From the NCBI GenBank assembly GCA_022822265.1, contig JAJECA010000050.1:152890-216889 (forward strand): a stretch of DNA of 64,000 nt, written 5' to 3'. Under the pieces are notes generated by a model. It worked only from the letters and a program-made list of their open reading frames with translations. It ran no database searches and was not told the DNA's origin. Both the position numbers and the translations under genes were made by a program. Below are positions 52,479 to 64,000 of this stretch, piece by piece; positions within the stretch are counted from its first letter, which is position 1, and each line of letters opens with the position of its first letter. Origin of the DNA: Acidimicrobiia bacterium (lineage in GTDB: Bacteria; Actinomycetota; Acidimicrobiia; Acidimicrobiales; Bin134).

Positions 52479-53293
52479 TACATGTACCGGCGCAGCAGTT
52501 CCCGCAAGGCTTCCGCGGCTTGCTCTGCGGCCGTGTCGCCCTCGGTGAGATCGGGTCCGGCCACCAGAGCCTTTCGCAGCACATCGGCAGCTTCCAGCAT
52601 CGACCGCCAGAAATCGGCGTCGTACCCCCACGGCAGGCTGAGCTGCACCACCTGTTCGTGGGCCAATGCGAATTCCTCTATCGCCTTGCTGTCAGAGGTG
52701 TTGCGGCGAAGCCGGTCGGCCGAGAAGAACAGCGCTTCCAGCACCTCATAGGGCTCCACTCCCTGTAGTCCGGGACCGAATTGGCGCTGGGCCACTGCGC
52801 TGGCCAGTCGGTCGAACAACGCGTCTACCGCCTCCTCGTCGGCCTCGCCCACCTCCAGGTTGCCGGCGTAGTCCACCTCGTGGGCGATGCCCTCGGTCAA
52901 CATCTCGCTCAGAATGTCGGCCTTGTGGGCGTCGTCGTAGTCTCCAAGCTCGTACACCACCGCGGGCTTTGTCTTGTCGAGTTTGGGAAGCCGGGCCCGC
53001 AGCACCCCCTCTACCGCCTGGTCAATGGCTTCCTCATCGGCCTCGCACACGATCAGCGTCGGGCCTAGCCAGGCGTGCTCCAGCCCGAGGGCCCGCAGCT
53101 CGGCCTCCAAGCCGTTGCGGGCGTCGTAGGTCCATTCGTGGAACTCGTAGGCCAGCTGCTCATCTTCGGGGCCGCCCACCTCTTCGGCGGGCTGCGGTGG
53201 CGAGGGAAATGTAGCCACGCCGCACTCCGCGCACTCCAACACGTCATCGTCGAAGGGGGCGCCGCACTGAAAGCACCAAACCATGCCGAACAT
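52478..53293 (-). CDS. Hypothetical protein with N-terminal zinc ribbon and duplicated domain
   Basis: WCFQCG..CAECG; two similar segments ending EADEEAID and EADEEAVD. Confidence 0.8.
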   Translation of the reverse strand: MFGMVWCFQCGAPFDDDVLECAECGVATFPSPPQPAEEVGGPEDEQLAYEFHEWTYDARNGLEAELRALGLEHAWLGPTLIVCEADEEAIDQAVEGVLRARLPKLDKTKPAVVYELGDYDDAHKADILSEMLTEGIAHEVDYAGNLEVGEADEEAVDALFDRLASAVAQRQFGPGLQGVEPYEVLEALFFSADRLRRNTSDSKAIEEFALAHEQVVQLSLPWGYDADFWRSMLEAADVLRKALVAGPDLTEGDTAAEQAAEALRELLRRYM

Positions 53294-53344
53294 GGTCTCA
53301 GATAACGGGGCAGCGGTCGCATCGCAGCACTACGGTTGGGCAAC

Positions 53345-54343
53345 GTGAACGAATCGCCCGAGACACCCGACCGCAACTTGGCGATGGAGCTGGTCAGAGT
53401 GACCGAAGTCGCCGCACTGGCCGCCTCCCGATGGATGGGCCGAGGCGACAAAGAAGGGGCCGACGGCGCCGCAGTCGAGGCCATGCGAGTGCTGCTGCGG
53501 ACCGTGCCGATGGACGGAATCGTGGTGATCGGCGAGGGCGAGAAGGACGAAGCCCCCATGCTCTTCAACGGAGAGCTGATCGGCGATGGGACGCCTCCCG
53601 AATGCGACATCGCGGTCGACCCCATCGACGGCACCACGCTCACATCGCTGGGCCGGGGCAACGCCTTGTCGGTGATCGCGGTGTCCGACCGGGGGACCAT
53701 GTTCAACCCCGGACCCTGCGTGTACATGGAGAAGATCGCCTTCGGCCCCGAGTGCGTGGGCTATGGCATCTCACTGGACAACTCCCCCACTCGTAATCTC
53801 GAGCTGGTAGCCGAGGCCAAGAGCGAGCCGGTGCGAGATGTGACCGCAGTGATCCTCGATCGCGACCGCCACTCGGAACTGATCGCCGAGGTGCGCGAGG
53901 CCGGCGCCCGCATCCGGCTCATCCCCGACGGCGATGTGGCCGGGGCCATCTCCACCGCCTGGCCCGACTCGGGCGCCGACATACTGTTCGGCATCGGGGG
54001 AACCCCCGAGGGAGTCATCTCTGCGGCCGCCCTCAAATGCATGGGCGGCGAACAACTCGGGCGGCTCTGGCCCCGCAACGACAGGGAGCGCAAGGAGGCG
54101 GAGAAACTGGGCCGAGATGTGACCAAGGTGCTCACCGCTGACGACCTGGTTCAAGGCGACAACTGCTTTTTCGCCGCCACCGGGATTACCGACGGCGACC
54201 TGCTAAAGGGCGTCCACTACTACAAGAACCACGCCAGCACTCAGTCACTGGTCATGCGGTCGAAGTCGGGCACGGTCCGGCTGGTCACCGCCGACCACCA
54301 GCTGGACAAGCTGAACAGCTTCTCAGCCATCGAATTCGGCTAG
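53345..54343 (+). CDS. glpX: Class II fructose-1,6-bisphosphatase
   Basis: [54 protein letters not shown]. Confidence 0.97.
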   Translation: MNESPETPDRNLAMELVRVTEVAALAASRWMGRGDKEGADGAAVEAMRVLLRTVPMDGIVVIGEGEKDEAPMLFNGELIGDGTPPECDIAVDPIDGTTLTSLGRGNALSVIAVSDRGTMFNPGPCVYMEKIAFGPECVGYGISLDNSPTRNLELVAEAKSEPVRDVTAVILDRDRHSELIAEVREAGARIRLIPDGDVAGAISTAWPDSGADILFGIGGTPEGVISAAALKCMGGEQLGRLWPRNDRERKEAEKLGRDVTKVLTADDLVQGDNCFFAATGITDGDLLKGVHYYKNHASTQSLVMRSKSGTVRLVTADHQLDKLNSFSAIEFG

Positions 54344-54376
54344 CCGACTGCCCCTGGAGACGGCAGGGTTAGTCGG

Positions 54377-56434
54377 TTACTGATCAGTGCGGTACAGGTA
54401 GCGCAGATCCCAGTAGCCGTAAAGCGTCGGGGTGGTGTTGCCAAACACGTTGCGAACCGCTCCCAATCGCTCTGACTGCGTGGTGTAGATGAGAGGCACG
54501 TTCTCGGCGACGATCGCCTGCGCATCCCAGTAGTGCTGCACCCGCTGCTCGTGGTCGAGCTCTTTGCTGCCGGCGATGTACAGCTCATCTATCTCCGCCT
54601 CCCATTCCGTGGCGGGCTCTGGCTGATTCGGATGCCAAAGGTGCAGGCCTTCGCCGCTGTGCCACACGGTCATGCCGCCGAAGGGGTCGGGACTGCCGGT
54701 CAGCCCCACCACCATGGCCTGCCAGTCGTAGGTGGCCGTGAGCTGGGCCACCATGTCGCCGAAGTCCACGATGCGGAAATCAACGTCGAGGCCGACCGCC
54801 GTCATCCCCTCGTGAATGATGCCGGTGATATCGGAGCGAACGCTGTTCCCCTCGTTGGTAACCATCGTGAACGAGATGGGGTTGCCCTCATCGTCTTCGC
54901 GGATGCCGTCGCCGTCGGTGTCAACCCAGCCCATCTCGTCGAGAATTTCGTTGGCCCGGTCCACGTCGTAGGGGTATTGGCGCACCTCGGGATTGTGGAA
55001 GTCGCCAGCCGCCGGACTCACCGACGACCACTGCGGATAGCCCAGACCGTGCTGGACTCCGTCGATCATGGCTGATTTGTCCATGGCGTGGGCAACGGCC
55101 TGTCGAAACGCCGTGTTCTGGAACCAGCGAAGCTGAACCGGGTCGACATACGGCTCGCCCGCCTCGTTCGACCCGGGGTTCTGATTGAACGCCAGGAAAT
55201 TGGTGCCGAACCCGGGGCCGCGGCGATGCAGTGTGAAGTTCTCCGCTTCGGCCACTGGATCGAGCACGGCGAATTCCTCGCCCAGCACGCCGTGCAAATC
55301 AGTGGTGCCGGCGCGGAACAACGCTAACTCGGCCTCGAAGTCCTCCACGATCAACTGCACCACCCGGTCGAGATACGGCAGGCGCCCTCCGGCATCGTCA
55401 ACCAGCCAGTAGTTGGGGTTTCGCTCGAAGACGAAGCGCTCGCCGGGTGTGTACTCCCCGATGGTGAACGGGCCGGTGCCGATTATCTCGGTGGGGTCGG
55501 TGTCGATGCCCCAAAACTCCGTGAAGGTGCCCGCCTCGATAGGACCCTCGACGATGTGCTTGGGGTAGATGGCGGTGCCCATTGAGCGCAGGAACGGCGC
55601 GAATGGCTGCGGGAGGACGAATTCCAAGGTGTGGTCATCCAGGGCCGTCACCGTCATCTGTGATTGCTCCCACTGGCCGGTCTCAGAATTCAGGAATCGG
55701 AACTCGAAAGAAGCCCGGCTTGCCGCTTGGAAGTCGTCGTTGTAGATGACCCGGTTGAACGTGAACTCCACGTCGTGGGCGGTGAACGGGGTGCCGTCGT
55801 GCCACTGCACGTCGTCGCGCAGATGGAACACCCAGCGCAGTCCGTCGTCGGAGCGCTCCCACGACTGCGCCAGCAGCGGCTCAATCTCATCGTTCAACCA
55901 CGACGTTTCGGTGAGGCCCTCGAACAGGTACCCCAGCACGCCCGACGATCCGGCGTCCCTGGCCAGCGCGAGGTTGAACGTGAGGGGCTCGGAGATCGTC
56001 GCCACCGTGAGCGTGCCGCCGTGGTTGCCGATCTCATAGGAAAATCCCTCGGCGTTCCGGCGCAATTCCTCCACAATGACCATGGACGGAACAAGTCCCC
56101 CGAACGCAGCAGCCGCTGCCATGCGACGTCGGAGCTGCTCCAGAGCCGACTGATCCGCAGGGTCGATTGCCTCGCTGTCATCGGTCGGCTCGGGCTCGGG
56201 GGTCGGCTCGGGCGGTGCAGCCGTCGGCTCGGCAGTAGGAACGGGGGTCGGCTCGGGCGGTGCAGCCGTCGGCTCGGCAGTTTCCCCGGCGTCATCTGGC
56301 TCATCGGAGTCTGTGTCTGGCGCGACGGTCGCCTCGGGTGTCGACGCGGTGGGGGCAGGATCACCGTCTGAACAGGCGAACGTGAAGGCGAAAACGAGCA
56401 CAAGCACGAAGCCGAGCCACCGTTTGGGGTTCAT
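54377..56434 (-). CDS. Peptide-type ABC substrate-binding lipoprotein (family 5)
   Basis: Lipobox TFAC, Pro/Thr/Glu linker, LAQSWERS..LRDDVQWHDG.PFTA.DVEFT, GTGPF, RNPNYW, FRQAVAHA. Confidence 0.92.
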   Translation of the reverse strand: MNPKRWLGFVLVLVFAFTFACSDGDPAPTASTPEATVAPDTDSDEPDDAGETAEPTAAPPEPTPVPTAEPTAAPPEPTPEPEPTDDSEAIDPADQSALEQLRRRMAAAAAFGGLVPSMVIVEELRRNAEGFSYEIGNHGGTLTVATISEPLTFNLALARDAGSSGVLGYLFEGLTETSWLNDEIEPLLAQSWERSDDGLRWVFHLRDDVQWHDGTPFTAHDVEFTFNRVIYNDDFQAASRASFEFRFLNSETGQWEQSQMTVTALDDHTLEFVLPQPFAPFLRSMGTAIYPKHIVEGPIEAGTFTEFWGIDTDPTEIIGTGPFTIGEYTPGERFVFERNPNYWLVDDAGGRLPYLDRVVQLIVEDFEAELALFRAGTTDLHGVLGEEFAVLDPVAEAENFTLHRRGPGFGTNFLAFNQNPGSNEAGEPYVDPVQLRWFQNTAFRQAVAHAMDKSAMIDGVQHGLGYPQWSSVSPAAGDFHNPEVRQYPYDVDRANEILDEMGWVDTDGDGIREDDEGNPISFTMVTNEGNSVRSDITGIIHEGMTAVGLDVDFRIVDFGDMVAQLTATYDWQAMVVGLTGSPDPFGGMTVWHSGEGLHLWHPNQPEPATEWEAEIDELYIAGSKELDHEQRVQHYWDAQAIVAENVPLIYTTQSERLGAVRNVFGNTTPTLYGYWDLRYLYRTDQ
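56197..56281. repeat. Intragenic tandem duplication (40 bp identical, 45-bp period)
   Basis: CGGGGGTCGGCTCGGGCGGTGCAGCCGTCGGCTCGGCAGT at 56197 and 56242; encodes TAEPTAAPPEPTP twice. Confidence 0.85.
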
Positions 56435-56466
56435 TCCAGGATTCCTTCCAAGCATGGGAGGACAAC

Positions 56467-57288
56467 CTAGCTGCGGCGGGAGAACCAACCGATGGTCGCC
56501 CGTCGCAAATGCCGAGGCGCTTTGCTGGACAAGACGGCAAGCACCCGGTTCTGCCAGCTGCTGATCACCTCGGGGCGGGAATTCGCCGCCGCGGCCAACG
56601 CCGCTGAGGCCACGGCATCGGCGTCTTGCCATCCAATCGACGGCCACCGGTCCAAATCCCAGTGTCCCCGCTGGTGAAACTCGGTGTGGGTCAACCCGGG
56701 CAACACGGTGGTGACCGTCACCCCAGTGCCCTTGTGCTCTTCGTACAGGCCTTCGCCAATGCTGGTGATGAACGCCTTGGTGGCCGAGTACACCGCAGTC
56801 ATCGGCATGCCCTGAAGCGAGGCCATGGACGACACCAGGATCACCTGACCCCGGTCCCGGGCGGTCATCGGCCCTAGAGCGGCGTGGGTCAGCCGCACCA
56901 GTGCCACCACATTCAGATCAATGGTCTCTGACACCTCAGCGAGATCTTGAGCGTGAAACAGCCCCTCATAACCCAGGCCGGCGTTGTTCACCAGCAAGTC
57001 TATGGGTGCCTCCTCGGCCATCACCCGCTTCTCAACCGCGGCCAGCCCCTCTGGGTCGCACAAGTCGGCCTCCAGCACCTCCACGTCCAATTGCCCCCCG
57101 CTGGCCCGCAACTCGGCCGCCAGTTCTTCCAACCGGTCGCCGCTGCGGGCCACCACCACCAAGTCAACCCCCGCAGCGGCCAATTCCACCGCCATCGCCC
57201 GCCCGATCCCCGTCGAAGCCCCAGTAACCAACGCCCGCTCCCACCGGGCCTCCCGCGACCTTCCCAACTTGATTCCGAGCATCCTCAT
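56467..57288 (-). CDS. Short-chain dehydrogenase/reductase
   Basis: TGASTGIG, NNAG, YSATK, PGLTHTEF. Confidence 0.93.
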   Translation of the reverse strand: MRMLGIKLGRSREARWERALVTGASTGIGRAMAVELAAAGVDLVVVARSGDRLEELAAELRASGGQLDVEVLEADLCDPEGLAAVEKRVMAEEAPIDLLVNNAGLGYEGLFHAQDLAEVSETIDLNVVALVRLTHAALGPMTARDRGQVILVSSMASLQGMPMTAVYSATKAFITSIGEGLYEEHKGTGVTVTTVLPGLTHTEFHQRGHWDLDRWPSIGWQDADAVASAALAAAANSRPEVISSWQNRVLAVLSSKAPRHLRRATIGWFSRRS

Positions 57289-57332
57289 CCCACCCAAACC
57301 TGTATCACTCCCCCCGCCAAGCTAGCGAGTGG

Positions 57333-57590
57333 TCAGCTGACGGTGGCGGAGTCGCTTAGTAGGGCGACGCTGTCGTGGGAGACTTCTACGAAGCCGCGCT
57401 CGACGGCGATGGTGGTCTTGGCGCCGTCGGTGGTGTACACCCGCACGTCACTGGGCACCAGGACGCCCAAGAAGGGCACGTGGCCGGGCTGGAACGCGAT
57501 CTCTCCGTCGGTGGTGCGGGCCACCACCATCTCGGCTTCGCCGGTGTAGACGATCTCCTCGGGGGAGACGAGCTCGACGGTGAGGGCCAC
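57333..57590 (-). CDS. atpC: F1 ATP synthase epsilon subunit (N-terminal beta domain only)
   Basis: VELVSPE, GEIAFQPGHVP, GFVEV; 85 aa; follows atpD. Confidence 0.93.
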   Translation of the reverse strand: MALTVELVSPEEIVYTGEAEMVVARTTDGEIAFQPGHVPFLGVLVPSDVRVYTTDGAKTTIAVERGFVEVSHDSVALLSDSATVS

Positions 57591-57592
57591 GT

Positions 57593-59970
<2,378 letters not shown>

Positions 59971-59974
59971 GGAT

Positions 59975-61600
59975 TCAGTCTTCCTCGGGCCGCTGGATGT
60001 CGGTCTCGGGAAGCGTGTGGTCGGCGTCCACCACTCCCGAGGCTGCCTCGGCCTGGGCTTCGGCGTCGGGCTCGTCGCCCTCGGGCTCGGCCGAAGACTC
60101 GAACTGGGCGGCGAAGGCCGACACCGCGGCCTCAAGGGCCTCTTCGTCCACCGCCCCGGTGTCCACCACTGCCGACATCAGGTCGGCATTGCGGGCCCGG
60201 ACCCACTCCAGCAGCTCAGACTCGAAGCGGGCCACGTCTTCCACGGGGATGTTGTCCAGATAGCCCCGGGTGCCGGCGTACAGTGACACCACTTGCTCTT
60301 CCACCGGCATGGGCGTCTGGATGCCCTGCTTGAGCAGCTCGGTGAGGCGGTAGCCCCGGTCGAGCTGGGCCTGCGACACGGCGTCCAGATCGGAGCCGAA
60401 AGCGGCGAAGGCCTCGAGCTCGCGGAACTGCTGGAGGTCGGCCTTGAGCGTGCCCACCGCGGTCTTCATGGCCTTGATCTGGGCAGCGGAGCCCACCCGG
60501 GACACCGAGATGCCCACATCCACCGCGGGCCGCACCCCCGACTTGAACAGGTCGTCCTGCAAGAAGATCTGCCCGTCCGTGATGGAGATCACGTTGGTGG
60601 GGATATAGGCCGACACGTCGCCGGCCTTGGTCTCGATGATGGGCAGCGCGGTCAACGACCCCGCTCCCCGCTCGTCGCTCAGCTTGGCCGCCCGCTCCAG
60701 CAGTCGGCTGTGCAGGTAGAACACGTCGCCGGGGTAGGCCTCGCGTCCCGGCGGTCGGCGCAGCAGCAGCGCCATCTGGCGGTAGGCCTCGGCCTGCTTC
60801 GACAAGTCGTCGTACACCGCCAGCGCGTGTCCGCCGTTGTCCATCCAGTGCTGGCCCATGGCGCAGCCAGCGTAGGGGGCCAGATACTTGAACGGGGCCG
60901 GGTCGGAGGCGGGGGCCACCACCACCACCGTGTACTCCATGGCGCCCCGCTCAGCCAGGGTGGCCACCGCCTGGGCCACAGTAGAGGCCTTCTGGCCGAT
61001 GGCCACGTACACGCACTTCACCCCTTGACCCTTCTGGTTCAAGATGGTGTCCATGGCCACAGTGGTCTTGCCCGTCTTGCGGTCGCCGATGATCAGCTCC
61101 CGCTGACCCCGCCCGATGGGAATGAGCGAGTCGATGGCCTTGATGCCGGTCTGAATGGGCTCATGCACCGGCTTGCGGCCGGTGATGCCGGGGGCCTGAA
61201 CCTCCATGCGGCGGGTGTCGGCGCCGACGATGGGTCCCTTGCCGTCCACCGGCTCGCCCAAGGCGTTCACCACCCGGCCCAAGAGGGCATCGCCCACCGG
61301 AACCGACAGGATGTCGCCAGTGGAGCGGACCGCCTGGCCCTCTTCGATCTCGTCCACCTCGCCGAGCACCACCGCGCCGATGGAATCCTCGTCCAGGTTC
61401 AGGGCCAAGCCGATGGTCCCGTTCTCAAACTCAAGCATCTCGTTCACCGCCGCGCCGGGCAGCCCGGAGATGCGGGCGATGCCGTCGCCTACTTCGGTGA
61501 TCCGCCCCACCTGGGCCAATTCGACCTCGGGTTGGAACCCCTCCAGGTTGCGGCGGATGGCCTCGGCGATGGAACCGGTGTCGATGGTCAGCTCTGCCAT
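59975..61600 (-). CDS. atpA: F1 ATP synthase alpha subunit
   Basis: [39 protein letters not shown]; acidic C-terminal extension. Confidence 0.99.
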   Translation of the reverse strand: MAELTIDTGSIAEAIRRNLEGFQPEVELAQVGRITEVGDGIARISGLPGAAVNEMLEFENGTIGLALNLDEDSIGAVVLGEVDEIEEGQAVRSTGDILSVPVGDALLGRVVNALGEPVDGKGPIVGADTRRMEVQAPGITGRKPVHEPIQTGIKAIDSLIPIGRGQRELIIGDRKTGKTTVAMDTILNQKGQGVKCVYVAIGQKASTVAQAVATLAERGAMEYTVVVVAPASDPAPFKYLAPYAGCAMGQHWMDNGGHALAVYDDLSKQAEAYRQMALLLRRPPGREAYPGDVFYLHSRLLERAAKLSDERGAGSLTALPIIETKAGDVSAYIPTNVISITDGQIFLQDDLFKSGVRPAVDVGISVSRVGSAAQIKAMKTAVGTLKADLQQFRELEAFAAFGSDLDAVSQAQLDRGYRLTELLKQGIQTPMPVEEQVVSLYAGTRGYLDNIPVEDVARFESELLEWVRARNADLMSAVVDTGAVDEEALEAAVSAFAAQFESSAEPEGDEPDAEAQAEAASGVVDADHTLPETDIQRPEED

Positions 61601-61645
61601 TGCTCTCCTCGGTAAGAAACGTTCATCAAACTCGTGTGCACGGGA

Positions 61646-62170
61646 TTAGAAGGTGTCCCGCAGCTGGCTCAGGCGGTGGCGGACTGATCCGTCGATCACC
61701 TCGTCGCCGATGGTGGCCACCACGCCGCCCATGATGCTGGGATCGACAACCACCTTGACGTCCACCTGATGGCCGGTGGCCGCGCTCAGCGCAGCGGCCA
61801 GCCGTTCGGCTTGGTCGTCGGTTAGCGCCACCGCACTGCGCACCTCGGCCACCGAGCGGCCCCGGTCGCGGGCGTTGATCTCCACCGCCTCCTGAGCGAT
61901 GCCGGCCAGGTCGGACGACCGCCCCGCGGCCACGATCATGGACACCATTGCGGTGGTGGTGTCGGAGGCGTGGCCGCCCAGCAGGTCTTCCACGATCTGC
62001 TGGCGGCGAGCGGCGGGGATCTGCCGGTCGGACAGCGTCATCCGCAGCTCGTCGGAACCCTCCAGCGCCCGGGCGACGCGGAAAAGCTCGTCGGCCACGA
62101 GGTCGAGGTTGCCCTCGGCCCGGGCCACCGCGGCCACGGCGTCGGCGTAGCTGACAGATCGCTCAGCCAT
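61646..62170 (-). CDS. atpH: F1 ATP synthase delta subunit
   Basis: VADELFRV, AEVRSAVAL, VDPSIMGG..IGDEVIDGSV. Confidence 0.96.
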   Translation of the reverse strand: MAERSVSYADAVAAVARAEGNLDLVADELFRVARALEGSDELRMTLSDRQIPAARRQQIVEDLLGGHASDTTTAMVSMIVAAGRSSDLAGIAQEAVEINARDRGRSVAEVRSAVALTDDQAERLAAALSAATGHQVDVKVVVDPSIMGGVVATIGDEVIDGSVRHRLSQLRDTF

Positions 62171-62174
62171 TGGC

Positions 62175-63202
<1,028 letters not shown>

Positions 63203-63967
63203 CTAGTGCTCGGGGTGTAGTGATCCGCCGATGTACACGGCGGTGAGAATGGTGAAGATGAAGGCCTGGAGGGCCGAGACGAAGATCTCGAACGCGGTAA
63301 GCAGGATCAGAGCGGCAAACGGCAGCACCGCAGGCACGTAGAGGGTTCCCCACAGGGCAGCCGACAGCACCGCGAAGGTCACCAGCAGCAAGTGGCCGGC
63401 CACCATGTTGGCCCAGAGCCGGATGGCCAGCGAAAGCGGGCGAATCAACAGGATCTGGAGCAGCTCGATGGGCGCCACCAAAATGTAGAGCGCCTTGGGC
63501 ACTCCCGGTGGGAACAGCGCTCCCTTGAAGTAGTGGTAGAAGCCCTGGGCCCGGATGCCCACCACGTGGTAGATGGCCCATACAACAAGCGCCAGGGCCA
63601 AGGGGATGGCCATGCGGGAGTTGGCCGGGAACTGGATAAACGGGACAACCTCGAAGATGTTGCTGAAGAAGACAAAGAAGAAAAGCGTGGTCAAGAAGGG
63701 CAGGTACCGGCGGCCGTCGGGGCCGATGGTCTGCATGATGATGCTGTTCTCAACGAAGTCGATCCCCGCCTCGGCCACGGTCTGCGCTCCGGTGGGCACC
63801 AGCGATCGGCGCCGGCCCGCCGCCCAGAACAGCCCAGCAGTCAGCAGCAGCGCGGCGATGTAGATCAGCCCGGTCTTGTTGAGGGCCACCGGCGTATCGG
63901 TGAACAAGAAGTCCGGCCAATTGAACAGCTGCGAGACCGGAGGAAAGTCCAGGGCAAACACGTTCAC
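63203..63967 (-). CDS. atpB: Fo ATP synthase subunit a
   Basis: PIELL..RPLSLAIRLWANMVAGH, FEIFVSALQAFIF. Confidence 0.97.
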   Translation of the reverse strand: MNVFALDFPPVSQLFNWPDFLFTDTPVALNKTGLIYIAALLLTAGLFWAAGRRRSLVPTGAQTVAEAGIDFVENSIIMQTIGPDGRRYLPFLTTLFFFVFFSNIFEVVPFIQFPANSRMAIPLALALVVWAIYHVVGIRAQGFYHYFKGALFPPGVPKALYILVAPIELLQILLIRPLSLAIRLWANMVAGHLLLVTFAVLSAALWGTLYVPAVLPFAALILLTAFEIFVSALQAFIFTILTAVYIGGSLHPEH

Positions 63968-64000
63968 TGAGTGGCTCCTTGTGGCTTCAAGCCGGGGTAA

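Overview
High-GC actinobacterial chromosome segment. Gene content and protein styles (double-domain CoA transferase, F420-type LLM, DUF222-HNH, many leaderless genes, actinobacterial atp order) suggest Acidimicrobiia, but this is an inference. Core genes: ilvB-ilvN-ilvC-metY, ilvD, gatCAB, a PASTA Ser/Thr kinase, ligA, mnmA with a cysteine desulfurase, nifU-like, murA, glpX and atpBEFHAGDC. The main accessory element is a tightly coupled 14-gene minus-strand operon (38230 to 23730): cupin, creatininase-family amidohydrolase, sugar-type ABC transporter, GMC oxidoreductase with a small subunit, Zn-ADH, PhdK-like ALDH, class II aldolase/decarboxylase, a lone Mo-hydroxylase large subunit, LLM, omega-aminotransferase and a UrtR/TamR-like MarR. 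A palindrome overlaps its putative -10. It looks like an uncharacterised (hetero)aromatic catabolic pathway. Also notable: an ATP synthase b subunit with a signal peptide and a two-Cys extracytoplasmic domain, a truncated epsilon with an extended alpha, an ilv leader-peptide attenuator, two small ORFs missed by the ORF track, and a DUF222-HNH gene abutting ligA. No tRNA, rRNA, CRISPR array or IS transposase was recognised. All family assignments come from motif recognition, not database searches.
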